64,000 nt of DNA from a virus: the IMG/VR virus record IMGVR_UViG_3300045988_183421. The stretch is one strand, 5' to 3'. The position numbers and the translations under genes are program-made. Shown here piece by piece: positions 1 through 15,000 of the stretch. Numbering within the stretch: the first letter of the stretch is position 1; the number at the start of each line of letters is the position of its first letter. The notes below the pieces were generated by a model. That model made no database searches and had not been told where the DNA came from. It saw only the letters and a program-made list of their open reading frames with translations.

Positions 1-3000
1 GCTATCATGTCTTCCGGTGGCTCACATGGGCCTTTCTTGAAGACAACAATCTACGGGTCTGAAAGTCTTCGTATCCGTTCTAACGGCGGTTTTACATACG
101 AAGAGGCGATGGTCAATCCCGATATCAAGCATCGCACACCGACCAACTGGCCTTATAAGTTTAGTGTTGGTCAGACAGTTCCTGCTGCTCTGACGCATAG
201 TAATGGTCAGGTCGCATTCGACGATATCTGGGTTCAGTATAACGGCTGTGCATCTGATTTTACAAATGCAGGACTTGGCAAGCTGTACGAACCCACCGTT
301 GATGGACGTAAAGGTACAAATAACTTCTATCTGGCTGGCTCCGGCAACTTTGTTATGAACCAGATTGGTCACCTTCCTCTGGATGATGGCGGTGGTCATA
401 TTAACCGTGCTTCTCCTCAGGAGATGCAGCTTTGCGTCAACACTCTGATGTGGATTTCTCAGCGCAAGCAGTGCGAAGTCTGTGCCGCTGACCAAGCCGA
501 CCAGCAGATGACGCACTTCGTCCATCGTGTCAATGCGGCAAACGCCAAGAAGATTCTGACAGCTCTCGCTAACGGCGGCAGCTACTGGTATCCTCTGAGC
601 GATTGCTACGAACTGATGGAAGACCTCGACCTGACGAAGCTGGGCTTTGATTCCACGACTTGGAAGCCCATCAAGAACTTCACAGGTCACTGGAACAGCA
701 AATACTTCGATGTAAAAGTTCCCAAAGACGGTGCTCTGTTCGATAACACCACCGGTGATTTGGGTGCATACCGTACCGGAGACGGCAACGACTGGAACCT
801 TGGTACTGATAGACTGAAAGGCTGGGACACTGTCTTTAAGGACAGCGGTAACAGCTCTCCGTCCGTTCGTACCACCGGTATCGCTCGTATCTACGGCAAG
901 CTGAGCGACGCAAAGTTGTTCAATGATGGTCAGGTTCACGAGGGATATACCGTTCATATCCGGTACGAGGACAACACTGCGCTGCTGCAGGAAGGCGACG
1001 ACTTCAGCTGCGTAGTCAACAACGTAGACCAGTATTGTATTTCTAACCTTCCCTGTATTTACGTAGGCGGCAAAACGATTCTTCGTGCCCGCGTATATGA
1101 CAAGGCTGGCAATGAGGTCACCAAATACGGTCCTATCGTTGCAAAGGTTCCTCCTCATTTCTGGAACGACTGTGAAACGGTTCCTCTGGAACTGCTGACA
1201 ATCGAAGCAACACCTATTGAGAACTACCGTTACTGGGAAGGCGAGACCACCAAGGTTCTCGAAGGTTCCGGTATCATCTACAATCAGCCCATCAGCAATG
1301 AATCCGTAACATGGTATTACCGCGTGGTTGACCTGCGCAATACCAATAATGCTCTGAGCGACTGGGTCAAGATTGGTCATTACGGTCAGTTCACTACCGA
1401 AGACGGTGCCGTAACAGGTATCATCAAAACACCGGTATTCCATGACGGCAATGATGGTGTATACAATTACCCGCACAGTTCCGTGGATGTACAGCTGCAA
1501 ATGCTGGCATATACAGGAAACGCTATTCAGCTTCGTACAGACTACGAGGTTGAGGGTAAGACTTATTCTACCATCGACCCCGGCGTAATCACTCCGGAAG
1601 CTTCCGGTATCATTCAAATCGAAGAGCGCCCCATGTCCATGACGCAGGCACCGAATCAGCGTGTTATGACTCAGGACGAAGCCACCTTCGTGTTTGAAAC
1701 AGATTACTGGAAGGGCCTTGATGATAAGGGCTACAGCTACGATGTTCAGTACAAAGACCCCTATGATGACGATTGGCAGACTCTTGCCACATCCGTCACA
1801 TTCGGCGGTACTTATACATTGAATACCGTAGATAATAGTCAGGTAAACAAGGTTGACATTGAAGCACATACGGTCGATACCCTCGCAAAGGGGAAAGAGA
1901 CCGCAAGTATGATTCATGACAACAAATGGCTGCCTGCCGATTTCTGGCGTCCTGATGGTTTCACTGACCAGCAGTGTGCTCAGAAACACACTACTATCAC
2001 CCTTACCCTGCACGCGGCAGATTACAACTGGTCCGGATATTATTTCCGTATCGTTGCAAGCTATCGCTTTAACGAAAAGAGAACCAAGGTCGAGAACTCC
2101 TACAGCGCAATCGGCGATGCTGACAATGCAGGGTTCGATACTTCCCGTTATGGCCTGTTGCAGGTCGATGCACCTTTCGTTTCCGCAACTATGCTGGAAG
2201 CCCGTGCATTGATGATGCAGGAGCATAACAGCGAGGGCGATGCGACTGGCGATTTTGGTCAGAATTACTGGTCTGTTGAGACAACGCAGGACCAAGTAGA
2301 TAACTGGAATGCCAGCAGAGGCGATTCCAATAACCCGTTGATTTCTGATAAGAATGTGGCCGTTTATACAACGACTATCACATTCTCTCCCAGCAAATTG
2401 ACAGAATCCGGAAACCGTATCCTTATCCCTGTATTGCAGTGGGGTTTCCAAGACGACCTGAATTCGGAATCTACCGATTATAAGCCCGTTATTGACCCCA
2501 TCAATATCAACGGGTACGCTAACAACGGTAACGGTTTGACTACCGAAAACTACAAAGACTGGGCAAATATCGTCAAAACCAGATACGACATCAATACAGA
2601 TGACAGTTCTGTAATGAAGCAGGTCGTGGACGCAATCGAAACTGAACATTCCGGTTCTCCGTTCGGCAAGTTCACCGCCTACATCACCATTGATGATATC
2701 AAACCTGTTGAGGATACGATGTTGAATGGTCAGCCGTTTGACATCAACAGTGCATATGCTAAGTGGAGCATTACCACGAGCCTGCACATTGAATCCGCAA
2801 CGAACCCGATGGACTTCGGTACTGAGCACTTCTATTTCCAGTGCAAGCCGTATCTGGAATACATTCGCGGCTACAACAGCACGAAACTGAAGAGTCAGAC
2901 CATCACAAATACCCTTGCTCATAACTTTGACTATGTGAACGGCGGTATCGATGAAGATAACACCGACACTGGTGCAGAGTTGTGGCTGGATTACAATATC

Positions 3001-6000
3001 AGTATCCATGCAAACGAGCGCAATCTTGTTAGTTGCGGCGTTGATAAGCACTCTATTTTCATGTATCCCGAACTGACAATTGAAGCGCCTAATGGACTTC
3101 GGTACATTATGTCCCGCTATCAGATTGTGAATGAGTTCCCGTATGGCAAGCACAGAGACACTTCTCGTACTGTGTTTAACCAGAGTGACCATCTGAGCGT
3201 CAATCTCGGTACTCAGTATCGTGGACAAATGACAACCGTTACTCGTTATGACATGAACGGCAATCCTTCTCAGATTGATGTTCAGGGCAAGACGATGGCT
3301 GAACTTGGCATTTCCCTCGATGAACGCGGATATCTGGACAAGAACAACGAGGACTATGCGCCTTATCTGGACCACGGCTATGCATTATGGTCCGATTATT
3401 CTTACCCGAAGGAAATCTGGCAATGGTTCTGGCGCAATGCTATCCAGTATCATTGCTACGACATGGAAGAGTTTGACGGCACCAATGAACAGGTTTTCTT
3501 CTACATCGATGAAAAGAATGTTCGTGCGGCCGACAAGTCCTTCAAAGCCAATGACGGAAACAATCCCACTTCTTCTTGGACCGCTCCGTTCGATGCAACC
3601 TATCAGATTGACCTGTGGGGTGCTGGCGGCGGCAATGCAAGTATGACAGATGGTATCAGCGGCAACTCCGGCAGCCACACCATTATCACAGCAGACATTA
3701 AGGAAGGCACGACCCTCTACTTTGTCGCTGGCGGTGCAGGCGGTGGCGGTTCCGGTGGTGGTTCCGGTGGCGGTTCTACCGGCAGTGGTTCCGGTGGTTC
3801 CGGTGGCTATAACGGCGGTGGTTCCGGTGGTGTCGGCGCAGTGTTCTATGACTGCTATAAAGGGGGAGGCGACCCTGACCACAGCTACCACAGCAATTCT
3901 CCCATAGGCTTTGGCGGTGGTGGTGGCGCTACCACGGTTGCATTCGGCCTTATTGGTGACGGACAGCTGAAGAACTACGGTGACGGCTCGCCGATGTTCG
4001 GTGTTGCTGGCGGCGGTTCCGGTGCTGCAATTATCTCCGGCAATGGATACACCGAGCGTGGTGTCGGCGGTTCTGGTTCAGACTACAGTGGTCAGCGTTA
4101 TCACTGTGCATTAAAGGAAGACAAGGTCTTCAGCGATGGCTACGAATACCATCATGGCGATATCTGTGGCTGGACTTACAGTGGCCCCCACAGCAGTGAT
4201 ATCAAAATGCAGCGAGAAGACGAGGAAGGCTACAACAATACACTGCACGAAAACGGCGGCGGTTCTGGTTGGCAGTCTGCTTCTACCGATGGTGCATTGC
4301 GTGGTTCTTCTTATGCCGCTTCTGTTGGTGAAAACCTTGACAACGGCAACATCATCATTAAAGCAAACGTCACTGGTGCAAACCAGCTGAATGACGGTGC
4401 CGGTTCCGGTATTGGTCAGGCTGGTCGTGCAAAAATCAAGGTTGTTGACCTGAATAAGCGTCTGTATCGTCGCGTTGGCAAGAACGCAATGGATATTGGC
4501 TTCGAGGATGCAAACGAATGCACTCCTACTCGTGCCAAGGTCATGCTGACTGTTGCTAATAAGATGTACGACGGCAACCAGTTGACTGTTACCGCACACG
4601 TTGTATGGGACGGCGATACCGATGCAGGTATCGATGAACAGGAAATCCTGCGCGGCGTAAACATCACCTATTCGAACAACGAATCTCCCAACATCACATA
4701 TCCTACAAACGCTACTACCGATAGCAAGAAGAAGCCTCTCGTTCGTACCGGTTCCTACACTGCTACGGCAACCTACACGGGCAAGTACGAAGTTACTTTC
4801 TGCTGGGAGAACACGAAGCCCGGCAAGACTTATGTAGTCCGTGGCGAAAGCACTACACCTGATGAATATGTATCCGGCAACGGTAATGTCGTATACTTCG
4901 ATATTTATCCGCGCCCGCTGCATCTTTACAGCTATGACAACAATAAGATTTACGACAATATCAGCACCGCAAAGGTATCTGATATTAAAATCAAAGCAGC
5001 AACTGCTGATTCCGGTATTGTTCACGGCGATACTGTCGCGCTGAACAGCACACTGGCTTACGGCTATTATTGCGAAAACTATGCTCCTGAGGACTTCGCA
5101 AAAACGAGTTTCAGAGAGTCCATCCATACGGGTCTGCACAGTATTAAGACCGTTACGATTCTTGAACTGATTAACAACCCGTTCGACAACTATTATATTG
5201 CAAGTGAAGATTTCACTGGTACCATCAATCCTCGTCCTCTGTATGTCCACAGTCAGTATCATGATGTGAACAAATACAAGTGGAACTACGATGGTAACTC
5301 CAATGATATCGGAAACGGCAAGTATCTGACCGATACGACTGTCTACGATAATCAGAATGTGACTATCGAGCAGGCATATGAAATGATTCTTGCTGGTAAA
5401 CAGGAAAACATCGATATTACCCGCTATACCAAGACCGAACAGGATAACTACCAGAACACGGTAGTGAATCCGAACAACATCAAGGTATATGATTCCTACT
5501 ACAACGCCAATATCGGTGAAGAAGGACAGGGAAATATCTATATTGATAATATCACCAACTACGATTCCGTTGAACTGAATGCTCAGACCTATGTTGGTTC
5601 TTATGCTGACAGCAATGCTGGCGAACAGCTGACCGGGTATGATGCAAACGGCGACAATGGTGTCATCAAGGAAGACCGTTACAATGGTCTTTCGACGAAT
5701 ACGATTCGCCATCTGCCGTATTCTGTAAAGTACAGCTACAGTACGACCACCCCGCAGGTTGGTCAGAAGATGACTGTTACGATTGCAGTAACGAACAAGG
5801 ATACCGGATATGGTCTGGCAGCGCAGAACAATTATGTTGCTCCTGTTGCTATCCAGAACCTGCGTCTCAAGAGCAGATTTGCAGGCAATGGCCCCATCAC
5901 TCTGAAATCCACCAATGGCATTCGTATGAACCAGCAGGGCACAGAGTTCTACATTGACACGATTCCGGTCGGCGGTACCGTAAACATCGAATTTGAGTAC

Positions 6001-9000
6001 ACTGTACAGGATATCGATGATACGAACGCACTGGTACGTGACATTGAGCAGAACAACGAAATGTACCTTGTGAACAACAACTACAACGACTACTATATCG
6101 CAGACAAGACTTTCAGCGGTGGTATTTACCGTACGACGCTGCGTGCGCAGGTCAAGAGCGTAAGCACCACTTATGGACACGGTTTCAAGAACATCAAGCT
6201 TCCGTATGCAGACGATGTCTACTACTGGAATAAGGGTTCTGATAGCTGGCTGACCATGGAAGGTCTGGTCGAAGACCATAAGACCGCTTCTTCGGACGAC
6301 GAAAAACTCGACCTGAAAGCGAAAAAGACAAACAATTATCAGAGTAAATTCGTATACAATGTAGTACCGAGTGAAACAACGGATGCTGGTTCTTACCCTG
6401 TATCTTACATTGGTCTGAACGAGTTCAACTATGATGTATTGAAGAACTATGTTGTCACGGAAGACCCCGGTTCTATCGAGGTCAAGCCCCGCAAGATTAT
6501 GATTTCCGTTGACGAAAGCCAGAAGATTTACGGTACAACGAACCCGTTCTTCAACTCCACATTCAAGGTTCTTGGCACAGATGACCAAGGCAATGAACTG
6601 GATGTTTCGGACGAGAACAACTGGACCGTTCTGGGCGATGACGCTACCGTTGATTACAACAACATGCATCTGATTGGTAATGATACCATCGGTAATGTGG
6701 TTGAAGTCGTAAACGGCGTTTCCCGCACAGCTCTGGCATTCAAGAACGGCACTTCTAATCTGCCTTATCTGACAACCGCTACACAAAGCAGTGATGTAAT
6801 CTATCAGACGGATGTTCCCGAAGAAGAATGCGCTTACTGCTTGGAGAAATACAACGAAATGCACAAGGGTCATGAGCATTATCATGACGATGACCATCCG
6901 CATACCCATGTTCCCGTAAACGGATATCCTGTATCCGTGAACGAAAACACCGGTTACGGCAACACTCTTGGCATCAAGACCGTCACGAACAGTGAAGGAC
7001 AGGTAGTTTCCAACTACGAACTCGTTTACGAGTCCAATGTTCTGAAAGTACATCCTCGTCTGATTCGCATTGCGGCTCTCGATGCAACGAAGGCATACGG
7101 CGGCACGGAACCCGCATTGAAGTGGACTGTCGATGGTGAAATCATTAAGCCTACCAGCGAAATGCTCGGCATCAAGGCAGTTCGTGACAGCGGTGAGAAT
7201 GTACGTGACGAAGGCTATACCATCCGTATCTCTTACGAAAAGAGCACAGCAAGCAACTATATCGTCGAAACGAACGACGCTAAGATGACCATTACGCCTG
7301 TCCCGCTGACAATCGTATTCGGTAATCAGGAGCGTTACTACGGCGAAGATAACAAAAATGACTACACGCTGACCGTTGTTGGCTTGAAGCACGGCGATAC
7401 TGCTGATGTTGCTTTGAAGAATAACGATGGCGCAACCGCAAAGGTTCTTGAAACCGCAAAGAATACTCTGAGCGATTACATCAACCTGACTTACAATAAG
7501 TACACCGATGTCGGTTCCAATTACTTGTATGGCGATAAGAGTTACTGCGAAGAGCATACGATTCTCGTACCTCGTGAAAACGCAGATGGCGGTTATAACT
7601 ATACGATTGCGAACTACACACCCGGTGTTCTGACTATCAAACCTCGTCCGATGCTGCTGGAAGTCACTGGCTGGCAGAAGGAACTGGGCGATGCTGATAA
7701 GGTTCAGGATTTCACCCTGACCGATATGATTACCCATAATTCCGTAAATGGTCAGCAGAAGCTCGGCGCAGGCAGCCGTATCACGGATGCAAGCGTTGTT
7801 GTGAACCCCGATAAGGTTCCCATCGTCTTCAATCTGGTTCGTGCAGAGGGTGAAGAAGTCGGTTCTTATCCCGTCTACTCCACGCCGCAGGACCGTCAGA
7901 TTGGAAACCTCGCAGCAAACGACCAGAAACAGCTTGAGCTGGATAACCCGAACTACGACTTTGAGTATCGTTACGCAAACGACCTCATTGTCAAGCGTCA
8001 GGGTCTGATGATTACCGTGGATGATAAGGTTCGCTATTACGGCGACCGTGTCAACCGCTTCTACGATGGCTCTACCGATTACACCTATCATGTGTTTAAG
8101 GTAGAAAACGGCGAGGCTGTTGAAATCACGGCAGAGGAAGCCGGTATCAACACCAATTCCTTTACCTTTACCCATCTGGATACACAGACCAGCTCCAGCG
8201 GCACTTACAAGGATTGCATCAGCCTGTCCGGTGTCCACAGCACCATCTATGATGATGATGACATCACGATTACCGCTGGCAACCTGACTATCATTCCTCG
8301 CCCCGTTTCCGTTATTGCTGAGGATAACACCAAGGTTTACGGCGACGCTGACCCCGAATTGAAGTACACGCTCCATGATGGTGTCCGTGGCGAAGATGGC
8401 AACTACTACATTGAGTACGCAAACGGTCCCGTTCTCACCGAGAAGGAAGGCGCGGATGTGCCTGTCCAGCCCGGCGACCTCGAAGGTACTGGCGTGACTC
8501 GTGAACCCGGTGAGGATGTCTGGACTGGCGAGCATTCGTTCGGCAAGGCTTACGCCATCAACGCCAACGATATCAGCCCTGTCAGCAAGGATGGTATCAC
8601 CAACTACGTTATTACCATGGAGAACGGCAACTTTACGATTACTCCGGCTGAGCTGGTTGTTACCGTAAAGGGTGGCTATTCCAAGACCTATGGCGAAGAG
8701 AATCCCGCATTTGATGCCGATATTACCGGCTTCAAGCGTGATGACACGAAGGAAACCGTTCTGAACGGTGAACTTGGCTTCGCTACTCTGTGCTTCGACC
8801 TGTCTGACGCTGGCAAGTACATCGTAACTGCTGGCAACAACAACGAGGATGCGGTGAACCCGGATTGCGTTGTTCTGGAAGACGGTGAAGAGCATATCGG
8901 CTCCACTTTCGAAGTCAAGAGCAACACAAACTTCGAGAAGAACTATGTTATCCGCTATGTCAATGGCGATATCACTGTCAACCCGAAGGAACTGATTGTT

Positions 9001-12000
9001 CGTATTGACCATAAGGTCAAGACCTACGGCACTGCTGACCCGGCATTTACCTTCCATTACGAAGACAATGCTGGCAATGTGATTGGCCTGATTGACCCCG
9101 AAAACAGCCCGCTGAATGTTGAGTTGTACCGCACCAAGGGTGAGAATGTTGTGCGCGGCGATGTCACTGCAGCAGATTCTCTCAATAAGTGGGGAACTAC
9201 CCTCTATGATGGTGATTACCTCATTTCCGCAAAGTACGATACAAACAACAAGAACTATGCCGTTACCGTATACGATGGTTCTCTGAAAATCATCCCCGCA
9301 ACGCTCACTGTTACGGTCGATGGCGGATACAAGACCACCTACGGCGATGAGATTCCCGAATTCACTTATTCCATCACAGGTTTTGTCGGTCGTGACGTTA
9401 AGGACGAAACAGGTACCGGTATCAAGGACGATGAATCCAAGGTCTCCGGCACTGCTACAATGTACTGCAACGACAACGCTGGCAATCCCGTAACGAATAA
9501 GACGAAAGTTGGTAATTATCCCATCAACTACGATAGACAGCAGTTGGTTGCTGACAACAGCAATTACAAGTTTATCTATGTTGGCGGTGACCTGACGATT
9601 GGTAAGAAACCTATCCATGTGAAGGCAGATGACCAGCAGAAGGTTTACGGAGAGAAAGACCCCGACCCGCTGACTTGGACGATTACTGACCCCGAAGAAC
9701 TGGTCAATCCCGGTGACGAAGACTTCTTCGATATCACCACAAAGCGTCCCGGCGCTGATACTGATGACGGTGAGCAGGTAGGCAAGTATCCCATCACCAT
9801 TGATGGCACTGACCCATCCGGCAACTACGAAATCATTACCACTCCCGGAACTCTGACCATTGTTCCTGCAACTATCGTTGTTACAGTTATTGACGACGAA
9901 AAGTATTTCGGCGAAGATAACCCGACACCCAACGTAACCATTACCGGCTATAAGCGCGGTGACACCATCGATGATATCGGTGGTAAAGATGCGCTCAAGA
10001 CCAAGACTGATGCAGAGAAGTGGAGCCCTGTTGGTGAATATCCTGTATCTGCCAAGGATTCTACTTTCCATAACCCGAACTACGATTTCGTTTACATCGA
10101 TGGTAAGTTGACCGTCAAACCCTTGATTATTAACATCAAGGCAGAAGACGACCGCAAGACCTACGGTGATAACGACCCCGATAAGTTCAATGTTTCCTAT
10201 ACGCTCACGAACGAGAAGGATGAGACTTACACTCCGGATAAGGACCTGCGCGATTATATCGACCGTGCCCTGAATCTGGATGCAGCTCGTGTTCCGGGTG
10301 AGAATGTTCGTACCGAGAACCCCGGCTATTCCATTGTTCCTACCTATACTGAGGTGGATAATATTGAGATTGGCACAGTAACTCCCGGACATTTCTTCAT
10401 TGACCCGCGTGAGGTAACCATTACTGCAAACTCCGCAGAAAAGGTATATGACGGCACTCCGTTGACGGAACCCGGCTATACCTACGCTCCGGAACTCGTA
10501 GATAACGACCTGCTTGGTATTCACGATAAGATGGATTCTGTGACCGTAACCGGTTCTCAGACCGAAGTGGGTTCCAGCAAGAACGTTCCCAGCGATGCAG
10601 TTATCATCAACACCGAAGATGGCAGCGGCAGCAATGCCAACTACATCATCAAGTATGTGGATGGTACTCTGACCGTTCGCGATAAGGAAATTGTCTCTAT
10701 CGAGAAATCTGCTGACCGTGAACGCGCTACGGATTACGATGTAATTCGCTACACGATTACCGTCACGAACGCGACAAGCCACGACCTGCACAATGTCGTT
10801 GTAAAGGATACCAACAACTTCGTTGGCGTTCCCGTTCTGTCTCAGGCAAACGGCGTGACCTATGATGCAGAGAAGGGCGAGTTCGTTATCGCAGAGATTT
10901 CTCACCTGCGCGATGAAACCCATACCAATGCCGTAACGTTCACTTATACCTACACGGTAGACCCGACCGACCACGGCACGAACAACAATGATATCCTCGA
11001 AAACAACGCCAAGATTACCGACATGAAGGTAGTCGAGAGTTATACTGAGAACCCCGATGGCAGCACCACTCCGAACTACACCGAGCCTGAAAAGGATTGG
11101 CTGGTCAAGACTCCTGATGTTGATGTGGAAATCATCCGTCAGAACCTGACCATCGAGAAGAGTGCTGATAAGACCGAAGCTGGCGTAGGTGATGTCGTCA
11201 CTTACACGCTGAAAGTCACCAATACGGGCAACACGAAGCTTGAAAATGTTGTCGTAAAGGATACGAACAACTTCATGGGCGAGCCTGTCGAGAACACGAA
11301 GCTCCACTTCGGCTATCGTGTCAACGATGATGGAACATGGACAATCACCAGCCTTGGCGTTGGAAAGTCCGTAACCATTACCTATAAGTACACGGTTGTC
11401 GCAGATGACCTCGCAAACGGCAAGCTGGATAACATTGCTACCGCAACGATTCCTGCTCGCGAAGACCCGACTATTCCTGAGAAACCTGTCGATTCCAACG
11501 AAGTAATCGTGCCGCTGTACTACAAGCACCTGACGATTGTCAAGTCTGCAGACCGCGACCACGCTTATCCCGGCGAAGTCGTCAAGTATCAGGTCACTAT
11601 TACGAACGACGGTACTGTCGATATGACGAATGTTACCGTCTCCGATAACACCAATGCTCTGGGTATGTTTATCGTCTCTACCGGCGACGGATATACCTAT
11701 AACCCCGAAACCAGATTGTTCACCATTCCTGCTCTGAATGTCGGCGATTCCGTTACGCTGAATTACCTGTATATTGTGCAGAACGGTGACCCCGAAACGA
11801 TTATCAACGTAGCTACTGCTCACGCTCCCAAGAATCCCGATACTGAGATTCCGGGTGACAAGGACATCGAAGAGCCTTCTAAGCCTGTTGAGGTTGATGT
11901 GCTCCGTGATGAACTGACCATCGTAAAGAACGCTGACAAGAGCTTCGTTGATATGAACGGCAATGACACGACCGTAACCTATACTCTGACCGTTAAGAAC

Positions 12001-15000
12001 AGTGGCAATACCAAGCTGACGAATGTTATCGTTACCGATACATCCAACGGCAACGGCACTGTCGAGTACACTGGCGATTTGATGTATGACGGAAACGGCA
12101 AGTGGATGATTCCTGAGCTGAACGCAGGCGATTCCGTTGAAATCACTTATGTCTATACTGCTGTGGCAGAGGACATGAACCTCGATAACGGTAACATCGT
12201 GAATACGGCTGTTGCTGAGGGCAAGAACCCCGACAACAAGACTGTTACGAGCGACCCCGATACTGAGACTGTCCATGTAGGCGAAGTGCCTGACCGCGAC
12301 ATTCGCGTTGTGAAGACTTCTCTTGAATCCAGTGTGATGATTGGCGATACCATTCACTACACCATTACCGTTACGAATAACGGCACAATGGCTGCTCAGA
12401 ATGTAGTTGTGCGCGACTTCAATGACGGCATTGGCGAAATCAATGCTGCAAGTTCCGACAAGTACACCTATGACGCAGCGACTCATTCCTTCACCATCGC
12501 AGAAATTGCGGCTGGTGAGGTCGTTGAGATTCCTGTCACCTATACCGTACAGGAAGGCGACAAGGATGTCGTAAACAATGCTGCTGTCGAGATTCCGGAA
12601 GTTCCCGAAATCGAGAAGAAGGCAGATAAACAGACCGTAGTGGTTGGCGAGGTGGTGACTTACACCATTACCGTTACCAATACGACTAACGAGACCAAGA
12701 CGAATGTTGAGGTCAAGGATACGAACAACTTCACGGGCGTTATCACGCCTGCCGAAAACACTGATGTTGTAAGCTATATTGGCGACAAGGTCTGGAATAT
12801 TTCTTCTATCGGCGCTGGTGAGAGCGTAGACATTGTCTACACCTACACGGTAATGAATGAAGATGCTCCCAATACCATGCTTGTCAATAACGCCGAAATG
12901 ACATATGTGACGGATTCTGGCAAGGTAAAGATTCCTTCCAATGAGGTTGATATCCCTGTCATCCCCGAAACTCCCACGCCGGAACATGTCGGACCCACCG
13001 TTGTGAAACAGGCAGACAAGGCCATTGCAAACATCGGCGATACGGTGCATTACACCGTCGTCATGCACAACAATGACACTGTTGACTATGTGAATGCAGC
13101 GCTGCACGACAAGAACAACTTCAACGGCGTTATCACGAATGTCAAGAACGGCACTCTGGAATCTGCATCTGCCGGTTCCGCAGTCATCAAGGTTGGTACT
13201 ATCCCGGCTGGCAAGACTGTCACGGTAGAATATGATTACATTGTGCTGAACACCGATGCCGGTAAGGGTCAGGATACCTACAACGAGCTGAAGAATATGG
13301 CTACGCTGCATTACTGGTTCGCTGACGAAGACCAGACTCCTGAGAATGAAAAGACGAAGCCTTCTAACGAGGTCACCGTCAAGGTTCCCGGCAGTGATGT
13401 ACCTGTTCCTGTCAACCCGCCCGAGGGCAAGCTGAAGGTCGAGAAGTTTGTTGACAAGAAGAGCGCTTCTGTTGGCGATATGTTGAACTACACCGTTAAG
13501 GTGTCTAATGTCGGCGATGGCGAACTGAAGAATGTTCTGATTGAAGACTTCTTCGATGGACACGGAAAGCTCAACTACATCCCGACTGTCGGTGTTGTAG
13601 TAAACGGTGATGGCACCTACACTATCAACAAACTGCCTGCCGGTACATTCATGGAGCTCCGCTTCACCTATGTTATCGTGGAAGGCGATGAGCCTGAGGT
13701 CCTGAACGCCGCTGTCGTCACGACACCGCCCGTTGACCCGCCGCTCGAACCCACCAAGACGGCTGACAAGAAGTTCGCATTTGTCGATGAAATCGTGACT
13801 TACACCATCAGCGTGTATAACCCCGATACCAAGGCAAAGACGAATGTCACTGTCAAGGATACCAATAACTTTGTTGGCAGCATCAATGCCGCCAATACAG
13901 ACAAGTACACCTATAACGGCGATAATACTTGGACGATTCCGGAAATCGGAGCAGGGGAGACCATCGGCATTACCTATACCTACACGGTACAAAGCAATGA
14001 TGAGAAGCTCCTCGAGAACAAGGCTGATGTGACGTATTCCGAGAACGGCGATACCGTGAAACTTGATACGCCGACTGTTGATGTGGTCGTACCCGATAAG
14101 GGCACTGTCTCCATCCACAAGGAAGCGGACAAGAAGATGGCTAAGCCGGGTGAGGTCGTCACCTACAATGTCACCGTTACCAACAACAAGGGCTTCGATG
14201 TTCACGATGTTGTAGTAACCGATGCTAATAACTTCGCTGGTGAAATCACTGGCGTTGACGGCGCAGATTACACCTTCGAGAACGGTGAGTTCCATATTGC
14301 TGAGATTGCCGCAGGCGCTTCGGTCACTCTGACCTACACCTACACGGTTGAAATTGGTGATGTGCCTACTCAGATTCTGGAGAATATCGCTACGGCTGAT
14401 GTTCCCGGAACGAACCCCGAAGACCCGAACAACCCCGGTCACGGTAAAGACCCGAACAAGCCTATCGATAACGATGAGAAGATTCCTTCGAATCCTGTCG
14501 ATGTTGAGGTTCCGGGTTCCGAGACTGAAACCAAGATTCCTGACCTTGTTCTGACAAAGAGTGTGGATAAGAATGAAGCCGTTGTCGGTGATACTCTGAA
14601 CTACACGATTACTGTCAAGAACAACGGCAAGGGCGATGCTGAGAATGTCACAGTCAAGGACTTCTTCGACGGCAAGGGCACACTGAACTTCGTGGCTATG
14701 GATGGCGTCACCGATAACGGTGATGACACTTACACGATTGCAAGCGTCAAGGCTGGCGAAAGCGTAACGCTCAACTTCACCTATGTGGTAGTTGACGGAG
14801 ACGCACCTGAGGTTTTGAACGCGGCAATCATCAAGACTCCCGAACCGCCCACGGATATTGTGAAGAGTGCAGACAAGCATATCGCTAAGGTTAATGAGAT
14901 TGTTACCTACACCATTACGGTGAAGAACAATTCCAAGGACACCTTGACGAATCTGCTGGTAAGCGATACGAACAACTTCAAGGGCGAAATCGAAGCCAAG